This document shows, in pieces, positions 11,130 through 20,850 of a DNA stretch of 64,000 nt. The DNA lies in assembly GCA_040218735.1 (NCBI GenBank), contig JAVJQW010000067.1, forward strand, positions 192,001 through 256,000. The letters run 5' to 3'. A model generated the notes under the pieces. That model had not been told where the DNA came from. It did no database searches and saw only the letters and a program-made list of their open reading frames with translations. Source of the stretch: Deltaproteobacteria bacterium (GTDB lineage Bacteria; Myxococcota; Kuafuiibacteriia; Kuafuiibacteriales; Kuafuiibacteriaceae). The position numbers were made by a program, and so were the translations under genes. Positions within the stretch are counted from its first letter, which is position 1. Each line of letters begins with the position of its first letter.

Positions 11130-14100
11130 CGCTCCCTCCAGAAGAAGAGCCCGGGGCGCGATCGCTTCCGAGCGTTGAGGCCGGCCTTCTGCCGCTTGCC
11201 GAGGTCGGCGTGGCTGACGAGCACCGGGCTGTCCTTGGGCGTGAAGAAGAAGAGCCCGCCGCCGATCTCGGTCTGGCCGATCCAGACCTCGCGCTCGCCG
11301 ATCGCGCGGGAGCCGTCGCCGTCCTTGTCGTCGACGGCCCGGGCCGTGCAGCTGTCGATTGCGTAGACGCGGTCGACGCCCGACCCGCCGCCACACTCCA
11401 ACGCCTCGGTCGTGGGTTCGAAGGACTTGTAGTAGACGACCCGGTCGAACACGAGCGGGTCGCGGAGCATGCGCTCGTTGTCGGCGAGCCGGATCGTCCA
11501 GCCGTGTTTGTTGTGCAGCAACAGGTCGGCCGGGTTGACCGCCGGGATCGCGCTGACGTTCTCGAGGTCGTCCTCGGTGAGCCCCGACGGGAGCTTCGGC
11601 GTGTCGTAGAGGACGCCGATGAGATCGCGGCCGTCGGTGACCGCGGCGTCCTCGAGCAGGTCCTTGTCGGCCGGCCGCTGGACGTCGCCGGTGCCGAAGT
11701 ACAGCGCGACGGAGCGCTGCCCCTGGCAGGACGAGAGCGCGAGGTCGATGCGGCGCTGAATCTTGCGATGGTGTTTGTCGACGTCGGTCTTCCCGCCGTT
11801 GAGGTTGATCAAGCGCTTCGCCTTCCAGTTCTTGCCGAAGTCCTCCGTCCAGAACTTCCAGATCTGCGCGCACTCGTCGCCGACGTACAGCGTGTTGGCG
11901 TGTTGGTTCTCCGTGTAGACGCTGACCTCGGCGCTGATCGGGCAGATCATGTGCTGCAGATCCTCGAAGTCCTCCTGGTCGTAGCAGCGGCCTTCCGCCC
12001 GGCCTTCGCAGTCGTTCGTAAAGCGAAGCAGCATGCTGTCGTCGCGGGTGTTCTCGGCGAACGCCTTCGGCTTCGCGACGTGGTTCCAGACGTCGAGGTC
12101 GACGATGTACAGCGACGGGTGGCGGTCCACCCCCAACTCGATCTCCTCTTCGGGGAGAATCGGCGCGACGGGGACCGCGACGGGCGGCGGCACGATGATC
12201 GGCGCACCGGGGACCCACTCCGCCTTGTTGATCGCGTAGCCGCGGTTCTTGGTGTCGACGCCGTCGGTGATCAGGCGAAGGACGATCTCCTCGTCGTACA
12301 CCCACGGGGTCCATTTCTTCTTCAACGACGTACGCGTGTACGCGCCGATGAGGTTCCCCGCGCCGTCTTCGATCCGGAGCACGTCACCGTCGTTCAGATC
12401 GAACTTGTTGAAGTACAGCCGGATCGCGGCCGCGTGGTTCTTGCCGTCGTTGTACGTGAGGGGCGCCGTCGACACATCGAGCGGAGCGCCCGCCGCGTCG
12501 TAGCACGACTTGTTGTTCCCGTTGCAGTTCGAGTACCACATGCTGCTGCACCACTTGGAGTGGTGGAGGCCGTTGAAGTCGGCGAAGTGGCCCGAGCCGT
12601 TGCAGTTGACCTTCTTCTTGTCGTCGAGATCGATGACGACCGGCGGCGGCACTCCGCCGCCGACGGCGACGACCGCTTCCTCTTCGGAGAGGTCGAGCTC
12701 GGGGATGTGGCCGGACCCGAAGATGGCGACGCGCTTCGACTGACCGTCGATCGGTGCGAGCCCGAGCCACGGCGCCGCCCACTGGTCCTCGATGTCCTCG
12801 AACGACGTGTCGTCCTCGGGCTGCAGCGGGTACACGGGGTTGTTCGCCGCGGTGAGCTTGCCGCCGGGCAACGTGGAGATGGGCATCATGTACGCGACGC
12901 GGCCGCCGCGCCCCAGCGAGAACACCAACCGCGCGACCTCGGTGCTCTGAATGATCCCGTCGGCGTTGTCGTCCTCGTGGAACACACGCATCCCGCCGTC
13001 CACGTAGTAGCGGTGTGTGAAGGTCGGTGACGGCTGGGACATGATGTCGCGCAGGATGCTGTGCACCCGATCGCTCGGCTGCCAGATGTCCGCGGGGATC
13101 AACGCGGTGGTCTCGGCGCCGGTCGCGGTCTCGAAGAAGTGCACCATCCCGTCGTTCATCGCGGCAACGAGGTAGCAGTTCCCGGCGATCGGGACGCCGT
13201 CCGCGTCCTCACACGCGCCGTACTTCAGCAGCTGCGGCGCCGCGCCGACCGCGTCGCCGAGCGGCCACGTGTCGACCGCGACGGGATCGCCGTTCGAGCA
13301 GTTCGCGTCGTAGGTGTAGCCGTGCAGGTAGTTCATCAGTCGGTAGTAGTCGCAGCCGTTCGTCCAAGCGTCCGCGGAGGACCAGTTGTCGTAGTCGACC
13401 TTCGTGTAGTCGTTGTCGCCGTTGCGGTAGGTCAGGATGTTGCGACGCCCGTAGTACGGCTTCTCGGGCGGCTGCCCGGCGGACGCGCCGAGGGTATCGA
13501 ACAGCACCTCGCCGGCGCCGCCGCGGTCCGCGACGAGGGAGCGCGTCCCGGTCCACAGGTCCATCGCGTCGGGGTTCGTCTCGAGCTCACGCCCGTCGGA
13601 CGACGCGACGAAGAGGCAGGTGTCTACCCCCTTGTCGTAGCTCCCGTCCGCGAGGAGCGGGGGCGCGATGCAGTACTTCTTCACGGTGCCGCGCCACGGG
13701 CCGCCGGCCTGCGGTTTGAAGCTCGCCGCAAACGCGTAGTTCTCGGCGAACATGGAGCCCGTCTGGATCGCGATCGGCGCGAAGAACAACGCGCTCTTGG
13801 CGACGATGGCGCCGATGATGCTCTCGAAGGCGACCGAGAGCTGCTCCGCGTCGGACGCGTAGAAGTACTCACCACCGCCGTAGGTCGCGATGTTCTGGAG
13901 GTTCGACGGGCTGAACGTGCCGGGCGCGCCGAAACCAATCGTGTACGTGCGGATCGACTGGTCGCCAGGGACGTCGCAGAGGATGTCCTCGTGCTGGAAC
14001 AGGTAGTCGGATCCGAGCCACGGTTTGTTCGACGCGACGTAACGCGACTCCGGCGACGCCGAGCACTCGTAGTCGAACGTCGAGGCGCCGCCGTTCGGGT

Positions 14101-14602
14101 TGCCGTCCGACAGCATCACCAGGAAGTTCGGGCGGCACTCGAGCGTGTTCCCGCCGCTGAAGTAGTCCTGGAAGTACTTGGCGTGGTCGCGCAGGCCCCT
14201 CGTCATGTACGTCGCACCCGACGACGGGATGCCGAGGACGCCCAGCTCCAAGTCACCGAGGAGCGCGTCGAACGCGGTCGTCTTGATGACGGACGAACCA
14301 AACTCGAAGATCGAGAAGTTCACCCGGTCCGACCACAGGTCGAGGATGCCGTCGGAGTCGCTCTTGCAGCCGACCAGCACGGCTTTCATCATGTCCTTCT
14401 TGTTCATGCTGGTGTTCCCGCTGCGATACTTTGCGGCGTACCAGGTACACGACGTGTTCGTGTAACCGCCGCCCATCGAGCAGGACCGATCGAGCAAGAG
14501 CCCGACCTGCGGGACCACGTCACCCGCGCGAAGGTGGTCCATCGCGTCGGGGTACTGTGAGGCGAGCAAACTCGCGGTAACGAGGACGGTGACCGTGGAC
14601 AT
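11126..14602 (-). CDS. pilY1: PilY1/PilC-type type IV pilus tip adhesin (vWA + beta-propeller with CUB-like insertion)
   Basis: vWA MIDAS-like 'LLLDRSCSM', 'LSDGNPN' and 'TYTIGF'. PilY1 propeller motifs 'WPLGD', 'NDGMVHFF', 'YYVDG', 'LGRGG', 'YFGTGD'. Lies downstream of three pilin-like genes. Confidence 0.85.
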   Translation of the reverse strand: MSTVTVLVTASLLASQYPDAMDHLRAGDVVPQVGLLLDRSCSMGGGYTNTSCTWYAAKYRSGNTSMNKKDMMKAVLVGCKSDSDGILDLWSDRVNFSIFEFGSSVIKTTAFDALLGDLELGVLGIPSSGATYMTRGLRDHAKYFQDYFSGGNTLECRPNFLVMLSDGNPNGGASTFDYECSASPESRYVASNKPWLGSDYLFQHEDILCDVPGDQSIRTYTIGFGAPGTFSPSNLQNIATYGGGEYFYASDAEQLSVAFESIIGAIVAKSALFFAPIAIQTGSMFAENYAFAASFKPQAGGPWRGTVKKYCIAPPLLADGSYDKGVDTCLFVASSDGRELETNPDAMDLWTGTRSLVADRGGAGEVLFDTLGASAGQPPEKPYYGRRNILTYRNGDNDYTKVDYDNWSSADAWTNGCDYYRLMNYLHGYTYDANCSNGDPVAVDTWPLGDAVGAAPQLLKYGACEDADGVPIAGNCYLVAAMNDGMVHFFETATGAETTALIPADIWQPSDRVHSILRDIMSQPSPTFTHRYYVDGGMRVFHEDDNADGIIQSTEVARLVFSLGRGGRVAYMMPISTLPGGKLTAANNPVYPLQPEDDTSFEDIEDQWAAPWLGLAPIDGQSKRVAIFGSGHIPELDLSEEEAVVAVGGGVPPPVVIDLDDKKKVNCNGSGHFADFNGLHHSKWCSSMWYSNCNGNNKSCYDAAGAPLDVSTAPLTYNDGKNHAAAIRLYFNKFDLNDGDVLRIEDGAGNLIGAYTRTSLKKKWTPWVYDEEIVLRLITDGVDTKNRGYAINKAEWVPGAPIIVPPPVAVPVAPILPEEEIELGVDRHPSLYIVDLDVWNHVAKPKAFAENTRDDSMLLRFTNDCEGRAEGRCYDQEDFEDLQHMICPISAEVSVYTENQHANTLYVGDECAQIWKFWTEDFGKNWKAKRLINLNGGKTDVDKHHRKIQRRIDLALSSCQGQRSVALYFGTGDVQRPADKDLLEDAAVTDGRDLIGVLYDTPKLPSGLTEDDLENVSAIPAVNPADLLLHNKHGWTIRLADNERMLRDPLVFDRVVYYKSFEPTTEALECGGGSGVDRVYAIDSCTARAVDDKDGDGSRAIGEREVWIGQTEIGGGLFFFTPKDSPVLVSHADLGKRQKAGLNARKRSRPGLFFWRER

Positions 14603-14608
14603 CTCTTC

Positions 14609-15106
14609 TTACCTTCCGTGCATCCGCGGCTGGATGACGCCGATCTTCGAGGACGCGATCTTGAAGACCTCCGCCTCGACACCGGCGCCCACGCGACCAT
14701 CGATCGTGGATTCGACCGTCACCTCGTAGATGACGGCGCGAACCGAGTTGTGGGAGCTCTCCAGCATCGGCGCGATGCGCACGAGCTGGATGTCGGCCTG
14801 GTACTGCAGCGAACCGTACGGGCTGTCCTCACGGCCGAAGTGGCTGTCCGAGGCGGCCTGGTAGGAGGACTTCATCTCGGTGTCCGTCGGCGACGGCATC
14901 AACGTGAGGACGTCGAGGTCGTTCATGAACTCCATGAGGCCGCCCTCGGCGGTGATGCGCGCTTCACGCGCGCGTCGCTCGTGCGCTTCGATGTCGCGAT
15001 CGGTCTCGATGACGTCCAAGAGGACGAGCGCAGACACCGTCGCGAGGGACATGAGGAGGACGATGGTGACGAGCGCGAAGCCGCGCTGTCCGTGATGGCG
15101 TTTCAT
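14609..15106 (-). CDS. pilX: PilX-like minor pilin
   Basis: Class III signal 'QRG|FALVTIV' lacking Glu5, as expected for PilX. 'ARITAEGGL' motif and an ATGA overlap with pilW. Confidence 0.7.
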   Translation of the reverse strand: MKRHHGQRGFALVTIVLLMSLATVSALVLLDVIETDRDIEAHERRAREARITAEGGLMEFMNDLDVLTLMPSPTDTEMKSSYQAASDSHFGREDSPYGSLQYQADIQLVRIAPMLESSHNSVRAVIYEVTVESTIDGRVGAGVEAEVFKIASSKIGVIQPRMHGR

Positions 15107-16146
15107 CTCAGCTGCATCCTTCCTGCGTTGCGAATCTCGACGCTCGACCGGAGCACACGACGGTCGATGCCGTCGGCGTCCGTCCCGCACGGCGCGGGGA
15201 GGCACTGGTCGGCGAGCTGGAGCTTCACCGCCTCGGTCGAGCCGCGGTGCGCGTCGGAGCCGCGCACGACGAGCTCGATGTCGACGCGAATGCGGTCGCG
15301 ATCCGTGACGCCGCTCGCGGTGGTTCGGTTGGCCCAGGTCTCGTTGATCGAGTCCCACTGCCAGACCGCGACCTGCAGCGCTTCGACACCCTCGGCGACG
15401 ATGCCGCCGCACGACGCGTCTCGCGCGGAGCACGGTCGCGCGGCGTCGATCTCGGCGCGGCGGAGGGTCCCTTCGTTCGCGTCACCCGGCTCGACGAACC
15501 AGACCGTCTCCGTGAACTCCGCGATGATCTCGCCGTCCGCGAAGGATGCGTTCACCGCGTAAGGGTCGGAGGCGTAGGTCGAGTCGCTCTGCCACTGGAA
15601 CCGCTCGCAGCCGAGGACACACACGCCGCCGGTGCACGCCGAAGGCTCGATGCTGTCGATGCGGACGCTCCGCGAGTGCAGCCCCTCGCGCGTCATCATG
15701 ATCGCGAGGTCCCCGGCCGCGAGACCGGAGCCCGCGCAGACCTCGCCCGAGCTCGTGTCGTACTTGGCGATGGTCCGCACGCGGCCCGTGGCCTTGCGAA
15801 TGCCGAGGTCGTCCGTGACGACCTGACCGGACTCGAGCTTCAGGACGTAGTCGTCCGCGCGGAACTGCGCGCCGCCGCTGACGACGAAGTCACCGCGGGC
15901 GAGCCCACCGAACGCGCCGTCCGGTCCGTAGCCCACGCCGACGCCCGCCATGCGGAGGTCGTAGGCGAGGAGGTCCATCGTGAGCCGCGCCGCCTGCGCG
16001 CGATCGACGCGGTCGGTCGTCTTGCCCAGGATGCGTGCGTTCTGCGTCGACATCGAGACCGCGGCGGCGAGCAAGAAGCTCCCGGCGGCGGCGCTGACGA
16101 GCAGCTCGACGAGTGAAAAGCCGCGCTGTCGAGATCGCATGTTCAT
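15103..16146 (-). CDS. pilW: PilW-like minor pilin
   Basis: 'QRG|FSLVELLV' prepilin motif, 'DLRMAG', 'VAEGVEALQV', 'SSVEIRN'. Confidence 0.8.
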   Translation of the reverse strand: MNMRSRQRGFSLVELLVSAAAGSFLLAAAVSMSTQNARILGKTTDRVDRAQAARLTMDLLAYDLRMAGVGVGYGPDGAFGGLARGDFVVSGGAQFRADDYVLKLESGQVVTDDLGIRKATGRVRTIAKYDTSSGEVCAGSGLAAGDLAIMMTREGLHSRSVRIDSIEPSACTGGVCVLGCERFQWQSDSTYASDPYAVNASFADGEIIAEFTETVWFVEPGDANEGTLRRAEIDAARPCSARDASCGGIVAEGVEALQVAVWQWDSINETWANRTTASGVTDRDRIRVDIELVVRGSDAHRGSTEAVKLQLADQCLPAPCGTDADGIDRRVLRSSVEIRNAGRMQLR

Positions 16147-16661
16147 ACCTCCGGCACCACGAGGCGCTCGACCTGCACCTGCTGAACGAGGCCCTTGGCG
16201 TTCGTCCAACAGACGCTCACGCTGAGGACCCGTGCGTCGCTCTGTTGGCCCGACCCGGGCGGCACGTCGATGGCGGTATCGATGCGGTACTTGCCGACCT
16301 CCAGCGTCGTCGTGTCGTCGGGGATGAGCCCGTCGTCGACGATCTGCGTGCAGGCAAACGTCGGCGCCGCAGCCCGCACCGGCGCGTAGGCGCGGGTGCC
16401 GATGCGACAGGACAAGAGCCCGCCGCCGCACGCGGGGAGGCGATCGGGCGGGAGTGTGCCGAGCTGCTCGGCGCGCTGAATCGCGAGCTGCGTCGCGACG
16501 TCGCGTGAACGGGCGTCGAGGTCGGTGCGGAACGACGTGGTGAACAGCTCGGCGAGCGCCACGACGCCGCAGCCGAGGACGAGGCTCGAGATGAGCACCT
16601 CGACGAGCGTCATGCCTCGAACCGAGCGTCGCGCGCGCGGGCCGGATCTACGGGACTTCAT
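16143..16661 (-). CDS. pilV: PilV-like minor pilin
   Basis: 'RG|MTLVEVLI' prepilin motif, 'ATQLAIQRAEQL', 'VSVCW'. Confidence 0.75.
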   Translation of the reverse strand: MKSRRSGPRARRSVRGMTLVEVLISSLVLGCGVVALAELFTTSFRTDLDARSRDVATQLAIQRAEQLGTLPPDRLPACGGGLLSCRIGTRAYAPVRAAAPTFACTQIVDDGLIPDDTTTLEVGKYRIDTAIDVPPGSGQQSDARVLSVSVCWTNAKGLVQQVQVERLVVPEV

Positions 16662-16803
16662 CGACGTCCTGGTTCGGCCCGAACCACACAATGTTGATGA
16701 GTGGGTCGAATCGGAACGGCCACTCGTATCCGAGGTGAGACGGTCGATACCCCTTGAAGCGATGGTCACGCTCGATCTGGATCGCGCCAGCTACTACAAC
16801 GAC

Positions 16804-17685
16804 ATGGGTATCGACACCCTCTGGACTGGCGACATCCAGAGGAGCCTCGACATCTCGATCGACATCCGTCCGCCGGTCGACGTGGAGGAGCTCGACGCCC
16901 GCCGTCGGGGATTCGAACGGTACTCACTCCGCGAGAATCTGGTGCGTGCGGCCCTCTTCGGCGTGTCTCGGCACGTGCGGTACGGACGCGTCACGGACGC
17001 CTCCGTGACGGGGATGTGGATCGAGACGGAGCACCCCCTCCCCTTCCGCGCCGAGGTCGACGTCGAGTGGTCCGTGATGGGCTTCGCGCAGACGTTCCCG
17101 GGGCGCGTGGTGCGCGCGACGAAGGACGGCATGGCGATCCAGCTCGATACGGACGACGCCACGTGGCGCTTCCGCTCGTCGTTCATCGACCTCGCCCGGA
17201 CGCCCACGCAGGACCCGCCGCAGGTCATCGTCCGGACGCGGCGCGACCGCGCCGACCGACACGTCGCGCCCGACACGGCGCTCCTCGCGCAGCTCGAACA
17301 CGAGTGGCTCGGCGTCCTCGAGACCCTCGAGGACGACGAGGCTCACCAGGCGTTCATCAACGCGTGCCTGAAGAACAAACGTCTGGAGTTCGCGTTGGAG
17401 TGTTACCGCGAGCTCAAGACCACGAACCCAGAGTCGGACGTCGCGACCCGCTACCTGAAGCAGATCGGGACGATCCTCTCGTTCTATACGCTCCAGCCCA
17501 CACAGCAGCGCGACGAGCGCGACAAGAAGAAGCTCTTCCCGATCATCATGATCATCCTCGCGGTGCTGGTCGCCGCGATCGCGGCCCCGTCCGTGGTGCG
17601 GAGCAAACTCGAGCGCCCGTCCTCCTCCGCGCCGGGCACTCCGGACACCGGCGGCTTCAAGAGCACTTCGCCGGGCGGCCCCTGA
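16804..17685 (+). CDS. PilZ-domain membrane protein
   Basis: RxxxR ('RRGFER') and D-x-S-x-x-G ('DASVTG') motifs, 'GRVVR...GMAIQL', a helical domain and a C-terminal TM. Start position uncertain. Confidence 0.7.
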   Translation: MGIDTLWTGDIQRSLDISIDIRPPVDVEELDARRRGFERYSLRENLVRAALFGVSRHVRYGRVTDASVTGMWIETEHPLPFRAEVDVEWSVMGFAQTFPGRVVRATKDGMAIQLDTDDATWRFRSSFIDLARTPTQDPPQVIVRTRRDRADRHVAPDTALLAQLEHEWLGVLETLEDDEAHQAFINACLKNKRLEFALECYRELKTTNPESDVATRYLKQIGTILSFYTLQPTQQRDERDKKKLFPIIMIILAVLVAAIAAPSVVRSKLERPSSSAPGTPDTGGFKSTSPGGP

Positions 17686-17687
17686 CG

Positions 17688-20291
17688 TCACCCCACGCGA
17701 GAGAGGGCCAGGCGCTCGGCGTAGCGCCGCTCGAGCTCGGCGGCGAGCGCCGCGTGCTCGGCGAGGTCCGGATCCCCTTCGAGGATCGCGAAGGCTTCGT
17801 CGCGTGCGCGTTCGAGCACGGCGGCGTCGCGGACGAGGTCCGCGAGGTGTAGCTCGGCGAGGCCGGACTGACGGGTGCCGAGGATCTCCCCGGCGCCGCG
17901 CAGCTCGAGGTCGCGCTCGGCGACCTCGAACCCGCTCGACGTCTGCGCGAGGACCTGCACGCGCTCCGCGCCCTCCTTCGACTTGGCGTCGACGAGGAGC
18001 ACGCAGCGCCCGGTGTACTGGCCACGCCCGACGCGCCCGCGGAGCTGGTGGAGCTGGCTGAGGCCGAAGCGCTCGGCGTGTTCCACCACCATCACCGACG
18101 CGTTCTCGACGTCGACGCCGACCTCGACGACCGTGGTCGACACCAACACCGCGACGTCCCCCTTCACGAACGCGTCCATCACCTCGGCCTTCTCGTCCGG
18201 CTTCATTCGGCCGTGGAGCAGGCCCACGCGTTTGGGTGCAAAGCGGTCCGCGAGCTCTTCGACCGCGTCGCTCGCGGCGGTGAGATCGAGCTTCTCGGAG
18301 GCCTCCACCAGCGGGAACACGACGTACGCCTGGCGCCCCGCGGCGAGCTCGTCGGAGACGATGCGGTACGCGCGGCGACGATCCTTCAGCGGGTAGACGT
18401 TGGTCTCGGTCGGCGAGCGCCCGGGGGGGAGCTCGTCGATGATCGTGGTGCGGAGGTCGCCGTACGCGGTGAGCGAGAGCGTGCGCGGGATGGGGGTGGC
18501 GGTCATGACGAGCACGTCGGGGGTCGCGTCCTCGCGTTTGGCGGACAGCGCGGCGCGCTGCTCCACGCCGAAGCGGTGCTGCTCGTCGACGATAGCGAGG
18601 CCGAGGTCCGCGAAGCGCACGGCGGGTTCGAGGATCGCGTGGGTGCCGACGAGGACGTCGACGGTCTTGGCGCGGAGCCCCGAGAGGATCTCGGTGCGCG
18701 CCGCCGCTTTGGTCGAGCCGGTGAGGAGTCGAACATCGAAGCCCGCCGGCTCCAGGAGCTTCAGCGCGTTCTTGAAGTGCTGCGACGCGAGGATCTCCGT
18801 GGGCGCGAGGATCGCCGTCTGGCGGCCGGCCGCCTGGACGAGCGCGGCGGCGATGAACGCGACGGCCGTCTTGCCGGAGCCGACGTCACCCATCAGCAGC
18901 CGGTTCATCGGGCGTGACGCGGCGAGGTCCTTGGCGATCGTCTCCAGCGCCCGCGCCTGCGCGCCGGTGAGCTCGAAGGGGAGCAGCCGCTCGGCGAGCT
19001 GGGACCAGGTCGCGTCGGGGCGGTGGGTGAGCCCGACGAGCGCGTCGCGCGCGGTGCGGGTGCGTGCGAGCGCGAGCTGGAGGAAGAAGAGCTCGTCGAA
19101 CACGAGGCGGGCGCGCATGCGTTCGAGGGGGCCGCGCGGGTCCGTGGTGTCGGTGGGCTCGGGCCGATGCGCGCGCAGCACCGCCTCGGCGAGCGGCGCG
19201 AGGCCGAGGCGTTCGCGGAGATCTTCGGGGAGCGGATCCTCGATCGCCGCGGCGGCGACCTCGGCGAGGGTCGTGACGATCTTCGTGAGCGTCTTCTTCG
19301 GTACCGCCTGGATCTCCGGGTAGACCGGGACGATGCCTTCGGGCGCGGGCGGCGCGTCGTCGACGTGCACGCTCATCTCCGGGTGCACCATCTGGCGCAT
19401 CGCGCCCCACTTCGTGACCTTGCCGAACACGACGACCTCGACGCCGCGCGCGAACTTCGCCTCCATCTGGTTCTTGGAGAAGCGGAAGAAGCGGCAGCTC
19501 AGGGTGCCGGTGTCGTCGCGCACGGCGATCTCGAACATGCGCTTCCGTCGCCCCATCATCCGCATCGAAGCGGCGGAGACACGCCCGCGCACCGCGGCGT
19601 GCTCACCTTCGACGAGGCGGTCGATCGTCGTGAACTGCGTGCGGTCCTCGTAGCGCGTGGGGAGGAAGAACAGCGCGTCCTGGACGGTCACGATGCGGTT
19701 CGACGCGAGGCGCTCGGCGGTCTTCGGCCCGACGCCGACGAGGTCGGCGAGGTGGTGTCCCGGGGTCGCCTGCTCCATCGGGACGCGCTTCGCGGGCCGC
19801 TCGGCGACCGCCGCCTGAGGCGCCGCCTTGCGAACGCGGCGCGCGGTGACGGCGGGCTTGAAGAGCTCGTCTTGCTGCGCGGCGGATTTCGTTGGCGCCG
19901 GGGCGCTCCGGGATTTCGCGGTCCCGGCGGGTTGCGTGGGTGCCGCGGATTTCGTTCGTGTGGCGACGCTCTCGGGTCGCGCGGCCCGCGTCGCCTTACG
20001 CGGCGCGGCGGATTTCGTTGGAGTCGCGGGGCCGTCGCCGAGGGCGGCGCGGATGCGGTCGCGTTTGGTGTGGTCGTCCGCAGCGTCGATGCCGTCGACG
20101 CAGGTGAGGACGTGTTGGAGCTGGGCGCGTTGCGGTGCGTCGAGGTGGGGTTCGGCGGCCTGCGCGGCGGCGCGAACGGCGGCCTCGACGCCGCGGATCA
20201 CCGAGAGGTTCGAGAAGTCGTTCTTGGCGGCGAACCGAAGGGGGCGGAGGACCGGCGCGAGCGGATCGTCTCGGTCAGACGAACTCGACAC
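17688..20291 (-). CDS. recG: ATP-dependent DNA helicase RecG with low-complexity N-terminal extension
   Basis: [53 protein letters not shown]. Confidence 0.97.
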   Translation of the reverse strand: MSSSSDRDDPLAPVLRPLRFAAKNDFSNLSVIRGVEAAVRAAAQAAEPHLDAPQRAQLQHVLTCVDGIDAADDHTKRDRIRAALGDGPATPTKSAAPRKATRAARPESVATRTKSAAPTQPAGTAKSRSAPAPTKSAAQQDELFKPAVTARRVRKAAPQAAVAERPAKRVPMEQATPGHHLADLVGVGPKTAERLASNRIVTVQDALFFLPTRYEDRTQFTTIDRLVEGEHAAVRGRVSAASMRMMGRRKRMFEIAVRDDTGTLSCRFFRFSKNQMEAKFARGVEVVVFGKVTKWGAMRQMVHPEMSVHVDDAPPAPEGIVPVYPEIQAVPKKTLTKIVTTLAEVAAAAIEDPLPEDLRERLGLAPLAEAVLRAHRPEPTDTTDPRGPLERMRARLVFDELFFLQLALARTRTARDALVGLTHRPDATWSQLAERLLPFELTGAQARALETIAKDLAASRPMNRLLMGDVGSGKTAVAFIAAALVQAAGRQTAILAPTEILASQHFKNALKLLEPAGFDVRLLTGSTKAAARTEILSGLRAKTVDVLVGTHAILEPAVRFADLGLAIVDEQHRFGVEQRAALSAKREDATPDVLVMTATPIPRTLSLTAYGDLRTTIIDELPPGRSPTETNVYPLKDRRRAYRIVSDELAAGRQAYVVFPLVEASEKLDLTAASDAVEELADRFAPKRVGLLHGRMKPDEKAEVMDAFVKGDVAVLVSTTVVEVGVDVENASVMVVEHAERFGLSQLHQLRGRVGRGQYTGRCVLLVDAKSKEGAERVQVLAQTSSGFEVAERDLELRGAGEILGTRQSGLAELHLADLVRDAAVLERARDEAFAILEGDPDLAEHAALAAELERRYAERLALSRVG

Positions 20292-20754
20292 GGACGATCT
20301 CGTACTCCTTTTCGCCCTTCCGCGGCAGCCGTACGGTGACGGCGTCCCCGACGGACTTCCCGATGAGCGACCGCGCGACGGGCGCGGTATACGAGATGAG
20401 GCCGTTCTTGGCGTCCACCTCGTCGGTTCCGACGATCTGGTAACGCGCCTCCTCCTCGGAGTCGGTGTCCATGACGGTCACGGTCGCCCCGAACACCACC
20501 TTGTCGCCGGACAGCTTCGTCGGGTCGATGATCTCGGCGAGCGCGAGCTTGCTGTCGATCTCGGCGATGCGCCCCTCGATGAAGGACTGCTTCTCCTTGG
20601 CGGCGTGATACTCGGCGTTCTCCGACAGGTCGCCGTGGGCTCGGGCCTCTTCGATCGCGGCCGTGGTGGCGGGGCGTTCGACGGACCTCAGGTGTTTGAG
20701 CTCGTCTTTGAGGAGGTCATAACCTCGGCGGGTCATGGGTTCTCTGTCCGACAT
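20275..20754 (-). CDS. greA: Transcription elongation factor GreA
   Basis: [33 protein letters not shown]. Confidence 0.97.
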   Translation of the reverse strand: MSDREPMTRRGYDLLKDELKHLRSVERPATTAAIEEARAHGDLSENAEYHAAKEKQSFIEGRIAEIDSKLALAEIIDPTKLSGDKVVFGATVTVMDTDSEEEARYQIVGTDEVDAKNGLISYTAPVARSLIGKSVGDAVTVRLPRKGEKEYEIVRVEFV

Positions 20755-20806
20755 GTCCTTTTGGGTCTAGGTCATCTTTGGTGGGGGTTCAATGGTTTGC
20801 TTGGTG

Positions 20807-20850
20807 GGGGTGGGAGTGCCCAGGCTCGGGGTGGGAGTGCCCAGGCTCGG
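20807..20850. repeat. 21-bp tandem duplication (GGGGTGGGAGTGCCCAGGCTC x2)
   Basis: Read directly from the sequence. It abuts the left end of the large inverted element. Confidence 0.85.
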
